A stretch of 64,000 nucleotides of DNA from Octopus sinensis (GCF_006345805.1 NC_043011.1:61764464-61828463); one strand, 5' to 3'. Positions 37,313 through 50,921 are shown, numbered from the stretch's first letter. The notes: generated from the sequence alone by a model not told the origin. Numbers and translations: made by a program.

Positions 37313-38461
37313 TTAATATCGGTTAGTGGGTCACTATCCGTAACATTTTTTCTCTTTCCCACCACCTATATAAGCACTATACTAGTCAGTTTCCTGACCT
37401 GCATTCACAATGTGGCTCTTATTCAGTTCCACCGCAATTGGTATCTAAATAAGGTCATGTGTTCATTAGCTGATAATCAAGTCCACCGCATTCGAACGGT
37501 AGCCCCTGATAGTAAGTGTATCCAAGCGTAGGTTAACGAAGTTGTTGTTACTTAGAGATCTGAACTATCACGGCTTACTATTAATATTATTACTAACATT
37601 ATTGCTGCTTTTAGTATTATTAGTATTATAATTTAAGTTTGTCGTAGTTGTGTGAGTATTCGAATTTATATTTATATTCTTATTTACTCATATTCGTTTA
37701 TTAGTTCGAGCTAATGTAATATTCCGCTTGTATAATCTTACAGTTATAATCCCTAGATTAAGAACGGTTGAGTACAAAATTCTAAGTTTTCTTTTACAGA
37801 ATATACGTTGGTATCGGCTAGAAAGAGAGAAGATTTTCTCTAAGATGTAGACATGTACAACAGTTTATTATAGATACTAGTAGCTACGGTGGTATTAAAA
37901 TGAGAAGTATACCAGATTATGTCCTATTTACATAATCTCTGATGTGTCTGATCTCGTGTGTATTCTTTATATTAGGCAACTTGTATAATTTGTCCAATAT
38001 AAATAATAACCGTGTGACCAAACAACACAATTGGAGTTGCCGTAACAGATTACGTCTCATTTTCCACAATGTCTTATTTTCCAATTTGGACTTGACTCAA
38101 TATGGCTTTTAATCTTCAACTAGACAAAAGTGACACACTTTAAAGACTATCGGGCAAAGTTTAAAAGAGACCCTCATCTTACTTAATTCATACCAAGTAG
38201 AGTTATTTCGATTTCACAGAAAACCAGTTCAAAAGCAGTTTCAAACATCATATACACTCATTCAAATTCCTAACTCGAATGAACTATTTCACTATATCTA
38301 CAGAATGAAAGAAATAAAATTAGTTAAGTATTATTCAATTTTCGCAGAACACACCACGATCTTTTTTACTCAAAACACAGAAATTCCAAAGACATACATT
38401 TGTAATGTTTTCACATTCAATCAAAACTACAAAACACCGACATATTTATTATAGTTTTATT

Positions 38462-38507
<46 letters not shown>

Positions 38508-39179
38508 GTTTCACTATTTTTCTTATTCAAATCTTCAGAACTGATTGCTGACAGGAATATGAACTGTAATGTGAACAGAAAACAAGGCTTATTAAGATAC
38601 CTGTATTGGGGAGAATTTGGTTAGCATTAACTAAAATGGTTTACCTGTACATAATCGACCCTACAAAATTTGGGGTTGAGTTCAAACGAGCCTTCACTAT
38701 AATTCCGTAACCTCATCACTCATTAGAAATATCAATTTTTTTCAATCTTTTAATCTCCATTAACTTTCTTGAACTTGGTTAAAATTGCACATTATTTTTA
38801 AATATTCATTGTGTTATATCCTTTATTTTCATATAAGTTTTATAGCATAATAATTGATAATTCTAATAATAATAAAATCTTTTAAACATTATTTACTCAA
38901 AAACCTCTTCCTATTCACATTCCGTTCGGCTCTCTATTTTACTCTTACTTATCCTCACCCACTCTTCGCTCTATGTTTGTTTACTTTCTCTCTCCTGCTT
39001 ATTCTCCTCTCCTTTCTGTCCATCATCACCTCTCTCCCCGGTCTCTCTCCCTCTCTATACATATATATATATATAGAGAGAGAGAGAACTCGGAATTTCG
39101 GGGCTACAGACCCCATGGTTCCGAGTTCGATTCCAGGCAGTGACCTGAATAATAATAATAATAATAATAATAACAACAA

Positions 39180-39345
39180 CAACAGCAACATCGAAAAAGT
39201 ACCTTAGGTCTGAGAACCCAGGTTCGAAATTTCCCCCAAGACACCTGATGAAGGCTGAAAGGTATTTCAGCCGAAACGTTGCATTAACAACAAACAAGAT
39301 GAGGACAAATATCTGTCAAATGTAAATAATGTATATAATTCCTCA
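39180..39345 (+). mobile_element. Penelope-type terminal segment with a hammerhead-like core
   Basis: CTGATGA-a-GGCTGAAA-ggta-TTTCAGCC-GAAAC at 39245-39277. Confidence 0.5.
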
Positions 39346-40674
39346 GCTGTAGAAATGAGTTGCGACGTCACGGGTGCCAAGCTGTATCGGCCCTTGCCTT
39401 TCCCTTGGATAACACTGGTGGCGTGGAGAGGGGAGGCCGGTATGCATGGGCGACTGCTGGTCTTCCATAAACCACCTTGCCCAGACTTGTGACTAGGAGG
39501 GTAACTTTCTAGGTGCAATCCCATGGTCAGTGTCGTGACCGAAGGGGGTCTCGGAATTCCTCATCTCTTAAATATAGAACTGTATTACATATACTTTGTT
39601 AAAATATTGATTGTATTATAAGTTTTATATCATAATAATTAATTATTATAATAATTAAAATCCTTTTAACATTATTTGCTCATGAACCTCTTCATGTTTA
39701 CAAAGTTTCAAATTATGAGCGATTAAGCATATATTACAAACGGTCGATTTTGAGCATTATACTTGCATTGTAAATCAGTATGCTGACAAATGGAATGCTA
39801 TTAGTGAAACAAAAATCACTTCTTATAATGCTAATTTGCCTTCCAAAATGATGATCAATGTTGCTTTGTTTTTTCAAAAAATGTAATTGAAATGAAATAA
39901 CAGGGCTAAATGATAATTATAAAATATAAATCAAAAATTAATGGTGGCCTTTTCCTTATAAAACCAACACTCACCTCCACGTGGTATAAGGGTGAACCAG
40001 AAATTCAGTTAGCTATGGCAATGATACTTGAATGATAATCTAAATAATAATTTGTATAATTTAATCTTAAAAAACAAGAAAATTTTAATGAAATAAATTT
40101 CCAGTTTTACAGAAAAATGGTTCGACAAAATGTTCAAATTTCTAAGTTTTCTAAAAATAAAATTGTAGTTTTACAAAAAATGTTTAATAAAATGTTGAGC
40201 CGTCAAAAGTTAGAGACCATGATTTGAAAATAATTAAAAATTAATTGGCATTTTGTTGCACTTTCTGAAATACTCATCTCATTAGCAAACAAATCTTATT
40301 TTTAAAGGTGGGGGAATACCACCATTTCAGTCCCCTTTTCTTAATAAATGAAGATGAACTATATCGTCTCTTTTAGAAGCGCGATTAGAAGCATATCTTG
40401 GGGATCAAGGAAGAAAGGGGACAAGTAATGGTATGGAGGAGAGAAAGGAAAAGGATCAGGGTATAAAAGGAGAAACGTGAAACAAAAATAGGTCCAGGAA
40501 GAAAGATTATTATGAGCTATTCGAAGCGGAAAGATGGAAGGGGATGTATAATGAAATGAAGAAGAGAAAAGGAAAAGAAAGGGAAAGAGAGAAAAGGGAA
40601 AAAAAGAAGAGAGAAAGAAGATCTGGGAAGAAGTATGATCAGAGAAAGAAAAAGAAAGGGGAGAAGAAATGAGA

Positions 40675-40985
40675 TTAGATCGACCCCTGTAAGCAACTGG
40701 TACTTAATTCATCGATCCAGAAAGGATGAAAGGCATAGTCGAACTCGGCGGAATTTGAATTCAGAGCGTAAAGACAGACGAAAAACCTATTTCTTTACTG
40801 CCCACAAGGGGCTGCACACAGAGGGGACAAACAAGGACAGAGAAACGGATTAAGTCAATAATATCGAAACCAGTGCGTAACTGGTACTTATTTAATCGAC
40901 CCCGAAAGGATGAAATGCAAAGTCGACTTCGGCGGAATTTGAACTCAGAACGTAGCGGCAGACGAAATACCAGCTCGCCGCCTTA
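40675..40985 (-). mobile_element. Dimeric family-2 SINE whose first monomer ends in a Tx1-like tail
   Basis: Tail 40787-40831 matches the Tx1 3' end (156-200) at 37/42 nt by hand alignment. Confidence 0.8.
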
Positions 40986-41279
40986 AGTTGCTTAGAATAT
41001 TTTTAGTCTAAAGTATATGATATATTTATATTAATGATTGTGTGTGTTTATATACACATCGCTGTTTTACAAATTGAGTGTAGAAGAAACCACATTACTT
41101 TGAATAGTGGGTATATATGATTAAATTTTGTAGAAATAATTATTCTGAAGCTCCTGCGGTAATAATATCCTGTTTAGATATATTAGTGTTAGTATCACAT
41201 AACTAACCTCAGGGTTGCTCCTTGCAGTCAATGTGTTATTTCTGTCAATGTAACTCTTCAAAATCTTGTGAAAGTGAAA

Positions 41280-41332
41280 TTATCTACTTTTTGGTTTTGG
41301 TGTTGGTGCTTGTGTTGGTTTTGCTTTGTACA
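41280..41332 (-). CDS. Copy D, exon 5 (MYKAKPTQAPTPKPKSR*)
   Basis: tttattccag| acceptor; open in phase 1 to TAA at 41280-41282. Confidence 0.6.
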
Positions 41333-41782
41333 CTGGAATAAATTTAAGGCATACTGTTTAATTTGTTTCAAAATATTTCAAAAAGCAATCAGGCTTGCCT
41401 GAGAAGCTTAGCGAGAAACTCGATTATTATGAAGATTGTTCGTGTCTATTTTCACATTCTAATTTTACATTCATACAAATTTGATATATTCGTTGTTTTA
41501 ACTCTCTTCAGTAATTTCTTAGCATCTTAAAAAAAAATAAACGTTTGAATACAGACTTATAACATAAACAATTATATGTAAATTCACTAAAACAAATTCT
41601 CTATGCTCCATCGCTTATGTAAATGTTGATTGTATAGAAAATAATGTAATATAATTTTAAGACTTTAATTTTGAATGAATGGGAAATTCCCGTTAGTGTT
41701 ATATGAATTTATGAGTTTAGAATTTAGTTCACTGCTTTAGGATTCTAAGAATGCGATGTGAAGAAATAAAAATATATCTTAC

Positions 41783-41881
41783 TAGAACAGGCGCTCAAAG
41801 CCGAGTATTCAAATTGCAACCCTTTGATACACCACCAAGGACCTTCCTTCCAAGAACACGCTATATACATGCTTAATCGTC
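41783..41881 (-). pseudogene. Copy D, exon 4 (RLSMYIACSWKEGPL/WCIKGLQFEYSALSACS), one extra base versus copy B
   Basis: tgtctttcag|99 nt|gtaaga; homologous to the 98-nt exon 27996-28093; a +1 frameshift lies between Cys residues. Confidence 0.7.
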
Positions 41882-42249
41882 TGAAAGACAATCATAAATC
41901 AGTTGATATGATTTTAGAAAGTTATGCAGCACAAAATAATTAATATTTTTGTTCTAAGAAGAAATCATAACGAGGCTGATAAAATGTATGGCTCTTTGAA
42001 ATGCTAATTATTCGTTCGCTTATTTTAAGCGCAAATCTTCCCGTGGTTTAAAATGCCTGATCTATTATTTTAGTGTTTTAATTCGCCTACACTTCATACA
42101 GCAACTGCAAGTAGTGTTCTCTAGTAAGAAATAATAATCTTTAACAATTGAGGATCCAATTGTTTATTAAAATAATTTAATATTTTCAACACGTTGCGTT
42201 ACTATAGTGAAGTTGAGTTCGAATCATGGCACTAGGCCAGCAATTTCAG

Positions 42250-42608
42250 GGCAGGAGGAAAATCCATCAAATCATCCCCAGTGTTCACTTGGTTCTTATT
42301 TTATCGACTTCGAAAGTAGGAAAGGCACAGTCGACCTCAGAGGCATATGAACGCCGAATGCAAAGCTGGAAGAAATATCTATTTCTTTACTGCCCACAAG
42401 GGGCTAAACAGAGGAGACAAACAAGGACAGACACACGGATTAAGTCGATTACATCGACCCCAGTGCGTGACTGGTACTTAATTTATCGACCCCGAAAGGA
42501 TGAAAGGCAAAGTAGACCTCGGCGGAATTTGAACTCAGAACGTAATGGCAGACGAAACACCGCTAAGCATTTCGCCCAGCGTGCTAACGCTTCTGCCAGC
42601 TCGCCGCT
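42250..42608 (-). mobile_element. Family-2 SINE with Tx1-like tail, joined to an older SINE body
   Basis: Full head at 42608; tail at 42379-42421; junction at the same consensus position as the 40.8-kb dimer. Confidence 0.8.
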
Positions 42609-42654
42609 TTATGTTACAATATTAATACTGAAAATAAAATAGAAATATACCTAC

Positions 42655-42757
42655 CCACAGAATGTATCAGAGTCTTCTTCATCATCTCCTCTAGGATACT
42701 CTTTCCATGCTTCGGGGCAATATTTTTCCCTCAAGCAATAATCCAGCCCTAAATACT
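42655..42757 (-). CDS. Copy D, exon 3 (KYLGLDYCLREKYCPEAWKEYPRGDDEEDSDTFCG; phase 1-2)
   Basis: ttttacatttgcag|103 nt|gtaggt; open and phase-compatible with exons 2 and 4. Confidence 0.75.
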
Positions 42758-43123
42758 CTGCAAATGTAAAATTTTCGTTTAAATATTTAGACTACATTAA
42801 GCAAATATTGCGAAATTCATTTAAATTATACTAGTTAATTCCCGTCTGAACCACGTTATTAAATATAAACTCAGTAACTATCAGATGCAGATGCTCGTTG
42901 CCATGGATTTGATTTTCCAGGACTTTGCATGTGGAGCTGAAATTGTTGTGAGTGAAGATTGCTTTGTTGGCTTTCTATAACAGTTTCTAATTATTACACC
43001 GCTGACAATTTCCTAGTTTTTAATGTTATATCAATACGAAAATATACATGAATTATTTAATATATTAACCCAGGTATGATTATTTAATTTCTATAATTTT
43101 TCTTAAACTAAATGTCATTACTA

Positions 43124-43377
43124 TTGGGTTGATGCATAATTATTGTGGCTGTTTTTCAACAAATTTTATTCAACAAAACAATAACATGTAACAAAAACAT
43201 CTTTAAATGATTATTCCGGAGCATATTCACCATCTACTTCAATTACTGCTTCCCAGCAGTAATTGGCAGACGGTCAGACCGTCATTTAAAGACGTTTTTG
43301 TTAAATATTGTTATTGTTTTTGTTGAATAAAATTTGTTGAAAAATCAAAAAGCCAGAATAATTATGCATCAATCCAA
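43124..43377. mobile_element. Tc1/mariner-type MITE
   Basis: About 90-bp imperfect TIRs TTGGGTTGATGCATAATT...AATTATGCATCAATCCAA, flanked by TA on both sides. Confidence 0.75.
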
Positions 43378-44425
43378 TATTTTAAAATTTAATACTTATT
43401 TGAGGTTCCTTGACGTGATCTAAAAACAACAGAACACGTGTCTTATTGGTGGGGGCGGAGGGTTGATAGAATTGTTAGAACGATGGAACAAGTAAATTCT
43501 GGTTGTTCTTCTGTCTCTTTATGTTCAAATTACCATTCAGCCCGATGTCAACCTTGTCTTTTGTCTGCAGTCGTTAAATTAAAGTTTTTATCATGTAATA
43601 GGATCGGTAGTATTGACTATCTCCCTCCACTCAAAACGACTGCCCTCTTGTCTAAATTAAAAACTTATTAGAAACAATCATTGCCGTGTTAATAATATCA
43701 AATTAGATGCTTCTATATTTTAAGAGCGATATTGATATTACAAAATAGATCTTATATTATGTTAGCAACCATTTTACATTGGCTCTGGAGAAGTCATAAA
43801 ATGGTGACTCACTACAATTATGACTATAATAGACATCCGAAAAAATTATAATTTATTGACTAATTATTTGTATTAACATCTGTTGATATATTATCTTAAA
43901 ACACGTAAAACGTCTACTGAAACAACTTTTCCTCTTTGCTACAACAAAGTAGATTTCAATAAGGAATGAATTATAACAGCCATATATCTCATACTCAATA
44001 TTTTAAAACTATTAATATGTAAAACGCAGCTTGTTCATGAAATACGCAAGGAAGATCTTGTTTAAGAGACATCATATTTGCGTCTCCCACAGTCTCAGAT
44101 ATACCTAGCTGTGAAACTGAATTGAACCCCAACACACCTTGATAATACCTAGATTAATGCAGATTGGCGTTAATCTAGGTACATTGCACCTATTTATTCA
44201 AGCAATAACGAATATACTTTCTAAAATATTTACAAGGATTTCTGTCCACTTGTGAACTAATTTTAATACGGGATCGATTTTCGCTCTCGATACGAATACA
44301 TCACATTTCTAGACATTGTTCTACCTCAATGTGCATACATATTTGCATTTAAAAAATAAACACAGTCAAAATCCATATAAACAATATACAAACGGGCCCA
44401 CATAAATACTGTAGATTATTTTTCT

Positions 44426-44853
44426 CGGATCTTTTCGGTTTGAACAGCAGTTTTTTCTAGCGGTGTCATATGAAATTGTCACCTATAATTATGACCCTAG
44501 TATCGATCTATTGCATTTCAATCTATATTAGATTTAGGGTTAGTTAGGGTTAGGGGTGGGGGCAAGGGTATCTTTTTTTCTTCACAAATGTAAATAAACC
44601 CAATTTGTTTCTTAAACAAGGGACATTTTCATACGGCACAGAATGTTTTCACCTCAATAAACGTCATTGATTGGTTGAAATTGCAGAAATTGAAGAAAAA
44701 AACAACAAATATCTTACAAACTATAGAATTTTCTCAATAAAGCCAAGAGAAAAAGATGTTTTATAAACACATTGTACCAGTATACGAAGTTTAAAAGTGT
44801 TTAGTTACGTGGAAATCATTTTTAAAAACTGTCGTTCAAACCGAAAAGATCCG
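44426..44853. mobile_element. MITE with perfect 20-bp TIRs and internal TTAGGG-like repeats
   Basis: CGGATCTTTTCGGTTTGAAC / GTTCAAACCGAAAAGATCCG. Confidence 0.8.
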
Positions 44854-45644
44854 AACTCGTATTCCAGCTTTATAGAAATAACCTCTCTCTTCTTAATAGA
44901 GCAATATGTATTGTGCTTCATTCTACACTGCAGTTGCATACCGAGAGATTCCTATCTATTTACTATCGGTATCTAAATATGTATACCGTAAACTATATGG
45001 TGTGTAATGTAAGTAGAAAACACTACTAACCTCGACGTTTACGAATCCGTTCTTCATCGGATGGAATATGGCAATAGAAAATAACAGAATATATATTAAA
45101 TAAATTTCACTTACATGAAACTTGTACAAAATCCTATAAATACTCTGAAACATATCACACATCTCAGTGTGCTTGTATATGTATATATATATATGTGTGT
45201 ATGTGTGTGTGTGTGTGTGTGTGTGGATGAATGAATTATCCTTTGTTTACCGTTAACATGGAAAATTCAATAAACAGTTACCAGGGTAGCAAAATTTACG
45301 CAAATAACAAGGATGTAATGACCTATTCAAAGGTAGAAACTCCGGGTTGATGTGCAGTGATTTGTTTATCATTTAGGCAGTCATCGTAATTGTTATAATG
45401 TCTTGTTGTTGAGATAGGCTCTCTTTCTTTCCTGATGAGAAGATTGCATTTTACACCGTTTATTCCTTTGGAATAAAACCAATGTTGTCTTCGAAACATA
45501 TGTCGAAAGTAAAAGAATTTTAATAACATCTTCGCTCAACTCCATTTATTTACTTTTATATATATATATAACATATTGGTAAAAACGGTAAGATAACAAA
45601 AGAAAGAGACCTCAATATTATGTAAATAGAGGAATTTATCTGTA

Positions 45645-45826
45645 AAAATAATATGTGACAATTATTCGGTAGCCAAGATAAAACTCTGAGTTTCGGATGC
45701 TGGGGTGGAAATCCACACCACCATCTCTTCAGTTATCCGGACAACTGAAGAGATGGTGGCGTGGATTTCCACCTCGGCATCCGAGAGTTTTATCTTGGCT
45801 ACCGAATAATTGTCACATATTATTTT
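45645..45826. repeat. Palindrome with about 88-bp arms, within a repeat also seen inverted at 22218-22300
   Basis: AATAATATGTGACAATTATTCGGTAGCC...CTTCAGTT is mirrored around ATCCGGAC. Confidence 0.9.
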
Positions 45827-45876
45827 TATATACTTAACATATGTATTTATACATATATCTATGTATTTGTGTATGC

Positions 45877-45937
<61 letters not shown>

Positions 45938-46103
45938 GTGGCTCTGCTGCTGTGTTCTGTTGTTATGGTGTCTAGGTTACTCTTTAAAAAAACTAATGCT
46001 TTTTGTTTATGTTACGTAACTGTACAGTTCGATATATAGAATCCGATAAAAAAAAACACGACGCTTCAAAGTAAAGAGTGTAAATTGTTTATTATCTGCT
46101 TAC

Positions 46104-46142
46104 TCATTGAGTTGACACTCCAACATGTCTGTAGCCCAGCGA
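46104..46142 (-). CDS. Copy D, exon 2 (VAGLQTCWSVNSM; phase 1-1)
   Basis: ctttcttgtttcag|39 nt|gtaagcagataata; GLQxC motif shared with copies A and B. Confidence 0.78.
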   Translation of the reverse strand, partial: SLGYRHVGVSTQ

Positions 46143-46677
46143 CTGAAACAAGAAAGAGAAGAGTGAAAGTGAAAGAGAATTATAATAAGGAAGGAAAAGT
46201 CAGTAAATTTATTTTGGGAGTCGACATCTGTGTATCATACTAAATGTATGATCACTTTTAGAAAATATTGTGCTGTGGAGTTGTTAGAGATTAAATATTT
46301 TCCGAGACTTGTATTAGAAACACAATACATGTATCGGAACGAGATGAATATCGTCATTGCAGGCAGCAGTTAGTTGCTTGTTTTCCTAGAGGTCTCTCAA
46401 TGCTGTTCACTCGATTATTATTATTATTATTGCTGAAGTGCACCTGACAGTCGGAATAACCTGCTCCTGTGGGATTCTGCAGTTGTCCCTGTGAGGAACT
46501 GCCCCCTTTTGGGGGAATTTTTATTGTTAAATTGTTTTTGTTATTTGTTTTTTTTACTTATTGTTTTGTGTTACTTATTGTATACACGGCATCGTTCAAC
46601 GTCCCACTTGTCCCTTGTAATGTATTGCCCCTATTTATTTTCTGTTTGGCCCTTGTGGCCAATAACAGAAAGTATTT

Positions 46678-46680
46678 TAT

Positions 46681-46738
<58 letters not shown>

Positions 46739-46782
46739 ATTATTATTATTATTATTATTATTAATATTATTATTATTATTAA

Positions 46783-46818
<36 letters not shown>

Positions 46819-47255
46819 CATTATTAATATTATTATTATTATTATTACTATCATCATCATCATCATCATTATTATTGTTGTTGTTGTTATTATCATTATT
46901 TTTATTATTATTATCATCATCATCATCATCATTATTGTTGTTGTTGTTGTTGTTATTATTATTGTTGTTGTTATTATTATTGCTGTTGTTATTATTATTG
47001 TTGTTGTTATTATTATTATTATTATCATCATCATCATTATTATTGTTGTTGTTATTATTATTATTATTATTATCATCAGCATCATCATTATTGTTGTTGT
47101 TGTTATTATTGTTGTTGTTGTTATTATTGTTGTTGTTGTTATTATTATTATTATTATTATCATCATCATCATCATTATTATTGTTATTATTATCATTGTT
47201 GTTGTTATTATTATTATTATCATCATCATCATCATCATCATTATTATTATTATTG
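46678..47255. repeat. Compound (ATT/ATC/GTT)n trinucleotide tract
   Basis: Direct reading. Confidence 0.97.
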
Positions 47256-47450
47256 TTCTTATTAAGGCGGAGATCTGGCAGAATCGTTAGCGCGCTGGAT
47301 GAAATGCTTAGTTGTATTTCGTCCGTCGTTACGTTCGGTGTTCAAATTCCACCGGGGTCGACTTTGCTTTTATCTTAAATTAAGTACCATTGCAACACTG
47401 GGGTCGATGTAAGCGACTCATCCTCTCCCCATAATGGCAAAATCTGAAGC

Positions 47451-47483
<33 letters not shown>

Positions 47484-47504
47484 CATCATTATTATTATTT
47501 TTTC

Positions 47505-47985
47505 GTAACACTGTCTAGGTAAAAATGCACCTGAGTCTTTAGTCACCTGTCAAGTCACAAGAAGGACCTCAGACAGGTAATACTTTCCTCAAAATATGTG
47601 CTGTGCCCAATAAGGCTACTTTTTGCAAGACATCCATCTTGCATAGGATTTCCAGTTGCCTTAAGAAGTCTTGAAGTTTCAATGCTCCGATCACCACTGG
47701 TATCACTTATACATTACCCTCTCGCATTCCATACAATCTTGCCATTTCCATTTTCAATTCGGAGTACTTGGTGATTTTTTCAACCTCTTTACTCATAGTA
47801 TTCATATCATTTGGTATGGCTCCATCAGTGATCTGACGGTATTTGTCTCTCTTATTGAATATGACAAATATCTAACCGACGGTTTTCGATTGCGTGATTC
47901 GTCTGAAAATCATAGTCCCAAAGTATCCTTACTTTCCCATCCTCCTGCCTAAATTTTCTTGGTACATGCTTATACCAGTTCTCTA
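47505..47985 (-). mobile_element. 5'-truncated RLE (Dong/R4-like) copy flanked by (TAA)n on both sides
   Basis: WYKHVP...KVRILWDYDFQTNHAIENRRLDI motif; TTA tracts at 47446-47500 and 47985-48105. Confidence 0.75.
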
Positions 47986-48010
47986 TTATTATTATTATTA
48001 ATATTATTAC

Positions 48011-48082
<72 letters not shown>

Positions 48083-48429
48083 TACTACTACTACTATTAC
48101 TATTATTACTCTCTTTACTCTTTCACTTGTTTCAGTCATTTGACTGCGGCCATGCTGGAGCACCGCCTTTAGTCGTGGAAATCGACCCCCAGGACTTACT
48201 CTTTGTAAGCCTAGTACTTATTCTATCGCTCTCTTGTGCCGAACCGCTAGATTACGGGGACGTAAACACACCAGCATCGGTTGTCAAGTTATGTTGGGGT
48301 GACAAACACAGACATACAAACACACACACATATATATATACATATATACGACGGGCTTCTTTTAGTTTCCGTCAACCAAATCCACTCAGAAAGCTTTGGT
48401 CAGCCCGAGGCTATAGTAGAAGACACTTG

Positions 48430-48950
48430 CAGTGCTTTCACTTCACTACCGAGCGCAGCTCTGTGTGACTTGGGTATGTGCTGTGGTTTGTTGTGATGCT
48501 CTGATGGTTACTGTGTTGTTAGTGTTTTGCGTAGGATGTCTGCAGAGCCCAGTAGTGCAATATTCTGTATGTTATATATATTTGTAAATCCTGGTGTTTT
48601 TGTTATGTATCTGTCAGAACATTTTTTTATCATACCTAATGCATAGGAATTGTTTCTGTTTTTAGATTCCACATTCGAGTTACCTCTATTTCCAGAAAAT
48701 TGTATTTTGAAAGTTTCTCCATTTCTTTTAGAGACACGTTGTCATCTGCTAGTATTGAAACATCAATTACAAAGCATTTTTTCTTCATGATCTCTGACAA
48801 CCATATCTGGCCTATTGGCCTTAATTTCTCTATCTGTGTGTATTGACATATCCCAAAGTATGGTTGCTTTCTCGTTTTCTGTGACCTTTTCTAGTGTGTG
48901 CTTATACCATCTTTTTTCTGTTGCTATTCCATAGTGTTGACATAGCTTCC
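48430..48950 (-). mobile_element. 3' fragment of the same Dong/R4-like family as 31386-32650
   Basis: Reverse complement matches 32100-32630. Confidence 0.85.
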
Positions 48951-49139
48951 AGTGTATGTAGGTCCCAACTCTGTCGTGTCTGTATTATTATTATTTTTTT
49001 TTTCTTCTTCTTTCAAATTTGCTTCCATTTCTTGCCGAGCTTCTTCCCGACTCCTAGGGCAAAGAAACTCATAGTATACATTGGTAGGCCATTAAACCAA
49101 ACTCAATAGTTCGTTCATTTTTTTTTTCTTTTTTAAGGT

Positions 49140-50290
49140 TAAATTAAAGTACATGGGCAATAACAGCTCTCACAGCGACAATGCTCTTCTCAATACGTGT
49201 GATGTACCAGTTAAGACAATCTTTTGCACTTCTTGCAGGGATGGTAAGCCAGGGATCATTCTCATATAATTTTCGGTTCCCTTCTTGATCATTCCTAGTG
49301 CTCCTACGATCACTGGTATTGTAACCGCCTTGAAATGCCACATTTTCTCAATTTCAATGAGCAGGTCTTTATATTTTCTGAGCTTGTCAAACTCTTTCGC
49401 CGAGATATTATGATCACAGGGGATGCTCATGTCGATCAATAAGCAAACTTTATTGTTTTGGTCTTTCACAACAATATCCGGTTTATTGGCTTTGATGGTT
49501 CGGTCTGTATGTACTGTAAAGTCCCACAGAATCGTTACATTTTCTCCTTCAGTTACAGCTTCAGGGTGGTGATTATACCACTTGTCGGCAGTTTTGATAT
49601 TGTAATGCCGACTTATTAGCCAGTGGAGATATTGGCCAACTCTGTCATGTCTTAATTTATACTCCACTGGTGCTAAGACTTTACATCCAGAGATTAGGTG
49701 GTCCACTGTTTCAATCATGTCGTTGCAGAATCGGCATTTGGGGTCTGCTCCATTTTTCATTACATTGGCCTGGTAGTTCCGGGTTAATAGGCTTTGATCT
49801 TGAGCAGCCAGGATGAAACCTTCGCTCTCTGCTTTTAGCCCTGAGCTCCGTAGCCACTGATGGGTTTGCTTCTGGTCAACATCAGCTTGTTTGCTACGGG
49901 CCACATATTTGCCGTGCAGAAGTTTCTCCTCCTACCTATCAGCCAATTGCTCGTGCGCTTTTTCGTTGCCGTTAATTTCACCTTCTTTGCAACAATAGTT
50001 GCCATACTTCCCTCGGGTTGTTCAGTTTGGGTATCCTGCACGAGATCAATAGCAAATTTTTTGCTTTCCTTTATGACAGATTGAAGCTTCTTTCGTCTCT
50101 CGTGATTTTCCACGAGCTTTAGCATCCAGTCATTCGTTATTTCAAGATATTTGGCCAGTCCAATTGTGGTTGTTTTGTAAGCTAGTTCAAATTGGGCTCT
50201 GGGAAGGTAAAGGCGATCTACGTCTGCCTTTGGGTGGTGTATTCTATTACAACTCAGCAGCTTGCGTATTTTCCTGTCTATATTCTTTAC
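49140..50290 (-). mobile_element. RLE-type non-LTR element C-terminal half (ORF 49170-49904), second subfamily
   Basis: CRFC...HLISGC, RHDRVG, KANKPDIVV...LIDMSIP...KLRKYKDL; 5' junction at (TAA)n 50297-50415. Confidence 0.88.
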
Positions 50291-50295
50291 TTCAC

Positions 50296-50399
<104 letters not shown>

Positions 50400-50828
50400 C
50401 ATCATCATCATCATTATTTGGATCAGATTCCTGGAAAGCCATCTCTGTTAACGATAAAAAAATAATGCTGACTGGCACTGAAAGTGTCTCGAGAATGGCA
50501 TCATCAGTTTAGATAACTTACAGAGACTCTTACCATTCTGTTTATCCTCTTATCGTGGCAGATGTAAGCCAATTGATTGTTAAATGTATACATTACTAGA
50601 TTTTTGAAATGCAAAGTTATACGCTAAGAGATGTTATGTTCTCTTTGTCGTGGTTTACTCTGTATTTCACCTCCCATTGTTCCGGCTTTATCTTACAAGT
50701 TTACCTTGTGTGTGTTTGTGTGTGTGTGTGCATGTGTGTATAAGTGAGTGAGTGAGTGTGCGTACGTATGTTTGTATATATATATATATATATATATATA
50801 TGATATATATATATATATATATATATAT

Positions 50829-50921
<93 letters not shown>

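Noticed and set aside
44535-44560. TTAGGG repeats suggesting an interstitial telomere
   Set aside because: Only about 3 imperfect units, inside a TIR-bounded MITE.
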